Below are positions 25,830 to 28,008 of a DNA stretch of 28,008 nucleotides, one piece after another. The DNA comes from a virus (lineage: Duplodnaviria > Caudoviricetes), in IMG/VR virus record IMGVR_UViG_3300022741_000088, positions 1 through 28,008 of that record; one strand, 5' to 3'. A program made the translations under genes and the position numbers. The notes under the pieces are model-generated. The model was not told the origin of the DNA and searched no databases. It saw only the letters and a program-made list of their open reading frames with translations. The stretch's first letter is position 1; every line of letters begins with the position of its first letter.

Positions 25830-26007
25830 GGGCCACCTCCTGGTCGCGCTTCTGCACGCTCGGCAGCTCGTGATAGCAGGCCTTGCAGATCTCGCGCAGG
25901 CCGTCCGCCTTGCGCTTGTCGGCATAGAAAAACTCTCTGTCGGCCGGCAGTGCTTCATTGCAGCGCGTGCAGGTCTTTTCGGGTGTGTCGGTCATGTCGT
26001 GCTCCAT
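25822..26007 (-). CDS. Small C4 zinc-binding hypothetical protein
   Basis: KTCTRC...[18 protein letters not shown]; overlaps the Arc gene start. Confidence 0.7.
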   Translation of the reverse strand: MEHDMTDTPEKTCTRCNEALPADREFFYADKRKADGLREICKACYHELPSVQKRDQEVAHG

Positions 26008-26011
26008 CAGA

Positions 26012-26227
26012 TCAATGAACAGGGCGGGCCAGCAGCTCGGCGACCACGGTCGCGTCGTTGCCAGTCAGGTGGGCCAGGCTCGCTTCCTCCTCGAGGCGTG
26101 CTCGAGCAGCGGGCGTTTTCTGCACCAGATAGCCGATCAGGGCGGCGCCAACCTTGGCTGTGGCCAACAGGTGGGGGGCGGGTGTGATAGCCTTCGTGCC
26201 GCTACCGCTTAGGTGTTTTGGATGCAT
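26012..26227 (-). CDS. Hypothetical early protein (71 aa)
   Basis: AGGAG SD upstream; fits the early-operon gap. Confidence 0.6.
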   Translation of the reverse strand: MHPKHLSGSGTKAITPAPHLLATAKVGAALIGYLVQKTPAARARLEEEASLAHLTGNDATVVAELLARPVH

Positions 26228-26252
26228 CGGGAAGCTCCTATTGCTGGTGGTC

Positions 26253-26283
26253 GGTGCCGGGGAGGTCGCAACTCCTCGGCACC
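26253..26283. other. 12-bp intergenic stem-loop
   Basis: GGTGCCGGGGAG-GTCGCAA-CTCCTCGGCACC. Confidence 0.65.
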
Positions 26284-26290
26284 CTCTCTT

Positions 26291-26542
26291 TCACGCCGCC
26301 GGCAATGCGGTGGCGGTGAACACGTAGCTCGGCTGTCGCCGAACCTCAAAATTGCCCAGGTCTACGCCGTCCACGTCCTGCAGGTGAATCAACGTCACCT
26401 CGGCCGGAATCTCGGTCGGGCGATTTTTCCAATAAAGGCCGGTGGCCAGTTCGGCCAGATCCTCGGCCCGGGCGGTGAGCAGGTAGACCGAGGTGATATC
26501 CAGCGTCCCGCTCTTGCCGTTCGCGCTGTAGAACACCCTCAT
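26291..26542 (-). CDS. Hypothetical early protein (83 aa)
   Basis: ATG 26542 overlaps the upstream stop (ATGA); GGAGG upstream. Confidence 0.65.
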   Translation of the reverse strand: MRVFYSANGKSGTLDITSVYLLTARAEDLAELATGLYWKNRPTEIPAEVTLIHLQDVDGVDLGNFEVRRQPSYVFTATALPAA

Positions 26543-26892
26543 GCGTCCACGACCTCCGGCGCCCACATTTCCATCAGGCGTTGCCAGATCGCGCTGCCGT
26601 GCTCGAGGCGTTCGTGCACTTCCACCTCGGGGCTGTAATCCATCATCAGCACCGTCATGCAGTCCTCGAACAGGGCCAGGTCGAGCCCGCGCAGATCTGT
26701 CAGGTCAAAGGGGAAGTCCTCGCCGTTGTAGAGGCCCAGCAGGAATCGGCCGACAGGGCGCCCCTGATCCGTGAAACTCAGGGCCACCGGCACCAGGCGG
26801 TTCAGGGCCTGTACGCCAGCGGTGACCAGGGCAGGGCGCTGTTTCTCGTAGTCCATGGCCTTGGCCAGGGCGGTGCTCAGGGATTGGGTCAT
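26539..26892 (-). CDS. Conserved phage hypothetical protein (117 aa)
   Basis: RFLLGLYNG.DFPFDLTDLRGLD..LFEDC motif familiar from prophage early regions; AGGAG SD before ATG 26892. Confidence 0.75.
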   Translation of the reverse strand: MTQSLSTALAKAMDYEKQRPALVTAGVQALNRLVPVALSFTDQGRPVGRFLLGLYNGEDFPFDLTDLRGLDLALFEDCMTVLMMDYSPEVEVHERLEHGSAIWQRLMEMWAPEVVDA

Positions 26893-26906
26893 GGTGTCGC
26901 TCCTGT

Positions 26907-27275
26907 TCAGTTGCTTGGGGTGGTGGGAAAGGTGGCCAGCAGGCCGACCAGTACCTGGAACACCTCGGTACCCAGGTCGGCGGCGGTGAGCTGGCCGAAG
27001 TGCAAGCCGACCTCGGCCTGCAGCCAGTCGGCGCGGGTTGGGTTGGCCAGGCAGGCCATGGCCAGCAGCAGGGCTCGGGGCGAGGCGTCCAGGTTCTGCA
27101 GGCGCTTGAGCAACATGGGTTGCCCGGCGCCGGCCAGCGCCAGGGCACGCGGCTGGTAGTCCGCCGGCAGGCCAGCCAGCACGGCAGCGCGCTGCCACCA
27201 ATACGGAAAGTCCTGGGCGGGGTTGATGGCCTCCAGATCCAGCGGGCAGCGCGGTGGGGCGGTCAGTGCGTTCAT
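26907..27275 (-). CDS. Hypothetical early protein (122 aa)
   Basis: ATG 27275 with ATGA overlap and AGGAG SD. Confidence 0.65.
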   Translation of the reverse strand: MNALTAPPRCPLDLEAINPAQDFPYWWQRAAVLAGLPADYQPRALALAGAGQPMLLKRLQNLDASPRALLLAMACLANPTRADWLQAEVGLHFGQLTAADLGTEVFQVLVGLLATFPTTPSN

Positions 27276-27451
27276 CGTCTGCGGTTCTCCTGTTTCAGTC
27301 GGTTGAGTCGGTCGCGCATGTCCTCGCAGAAGGCGTCGCCGCGCTTCGGGTGTGCCAGCCAGTCCGCGATGGTCTGGCGCGTCCAACTGCTCAGCAGGTG
27401 GCGCGCAAGGCACTCGCGGCGGTGGCTTTCGTCGGGAGTCAGCTCGGCCAT
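27272..27451 (-). CDS. Small hypothetical protein (59 aa)
   Basis: GAGG SD before ATG 27451; HRRECLARHLL...W pattern. Confidence 0.6.
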   Translation of the reverse strand: MAELTPDESHRRECLARHLLSSWTRQTIADWLAHPKRGDAFCEDMRDRLNRLKQENRRR

Positions 27452-27496
27452 GGCGGGCACCTCGGCGACGAGCTGGAGAGCGGGGGGAAAAGAAAA

Positions 27497-27860
27497 CGTG
27501 CGCGAGGTGCCGGAGCGTCCGGAACATCCGGAACACGCATAGAGGCACATGGCTGGAGCCCGCGCCGTTCGGGGCTTCCAGCTTTCAAAAAATGTTCCGG
27601 CACTACCGGAACATGCCGGAACACGATTTTTGCCTGATCGGCTGTAAGCACCGTGGCACTAAGGCTGTAGCCTGTTCCGGCGAAAAGCCCCAGCCGGAAC
27701 ATTGCCGGAACATGCCGGATCGGATTTGTTCCGGCGCGTTCCGGTTTGTTCCGGCAGCACCGGAACAGGTTTTTGCTTTTAACTACCTGAATTGATTGAA
27801 TATTTTCTTCAATAAAATAAATGTTCCGGATGTTCCGGACGCTTTCCGCCTTTGCGCACG
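27497..27860. repeat. TGTTCCGG iteron cluster with AT-rich tract; putative phage replication origin
   Basis: 13 exact octamers in both orientations plus one CGTTCCGG variant; AT-rich 27770-27821; bounded by a perfect 22-bp inverted repeat. Confidence 0.8.
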
Positions 27861-27914
27861 CCGACCCATCGCGCCCCGAAAGGACACCCAACACACCGCT
27901 GGCCATACGCTTCA

Positions 27915-28007
27915 TCAGGCATTCCCCCGCTTGCTGAACAGCCAGCAGTTGATGGAGCGCTTCTCGATGGGAGACCGGACTTTGCGGATCTCGATGAAGC
28001 GGTGGGT
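27915..28007 (-). CDS. 3' end of probable primase/helicase (toprim, P4 alpha-like) replication protein, truncated by window edge
   Basis: Reads THRFIEIRKVRSPIEKRSINCWLFSKRGNA* (TGA 27917-27915). The 'CW.F' terminus resembles Pseudomonas prophage primase-helicases and it abuts the iterons. Only 30 aa are visible. Confidence 0.5.
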   Translation of the reverse strand, partial: THRFIEIRKVRSPIEKRSINCWLFSKRGNA

Positions 28008-28008
28008 G

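Larger units (their letters stand above)
1..28008. mobile_element. P2/HP1-like myovirus prophage (partial; ends not in window)
   Basis: Portal-terminase divergent from scaffold-capsid-gpM-gpL, HP1-type sheath/tube/chaperone/tape measure/baseplate/fibre order, and ogr. Whether umuDC at the left lies inside the prophage cannot be fixed without att sites. Confidence 0.93.

Noticed and set aside
27474-27497. GGAGAGCGGGGGGAAAAG loosely resembles the P2 cos core GGCGAGGCGGGGAAAGCAC
   Set aside because: The match is weak and low-complexity; cos cannot be assigned without virion-end sequencing.
27497-27860. CRISPR array or MITE interpretation of the repeats
   Set aside because: The repeats are 8 bp, in mixed orientation and irregularly spaced, with no cas genes. 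No target-site duplication is evident, and the terminal IRs are made of the same iterons.
27439-27915. 158-aa ORF across the iteron array
   Set aside because: Its repetitive peptide (VRNIRNI, VPDVPD) is simply translated iterons; likely non-coding, although its ATG does overlap the upstream stop.

Overview
The window is mostly or entirely one P2/HP1-like (Peduoviridae-type) myovirus prophage in a high-GC, probably Pseudomonas-like host (inferred from an AmrZ-like Arc protein and overall composition). From left to right it contains: a LexA-boxed umuDC (DNA Pol V) operon; an AT-rich HNH-nuclease moron; the tail/baseplate, lysis and head genes on the minus strand; divergent terminase ATPase and portal genes; an accessory region (DUF4160/DUF2442-HTH toxin-antitoxin-like pair, ogr, DUF4177-yidD pair); small early genes; an iteron-rich putative origin; and the 3' tip of a probable primase/helicase gene. 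No integrase, att site, repressor, tRNA/rRNA or CRISPR array is visible. The best candidates for undescribed biology are four accessory modules: the TA-like pair whose antitoxin has an ~88-aa extra tail, the 399-aa HNH protein, the DUF4177-YidD pair, and an antisense XRE-like mini-gene between gpM and gpL. All family assignments come from motif recognition and synteny; no database searches were run.
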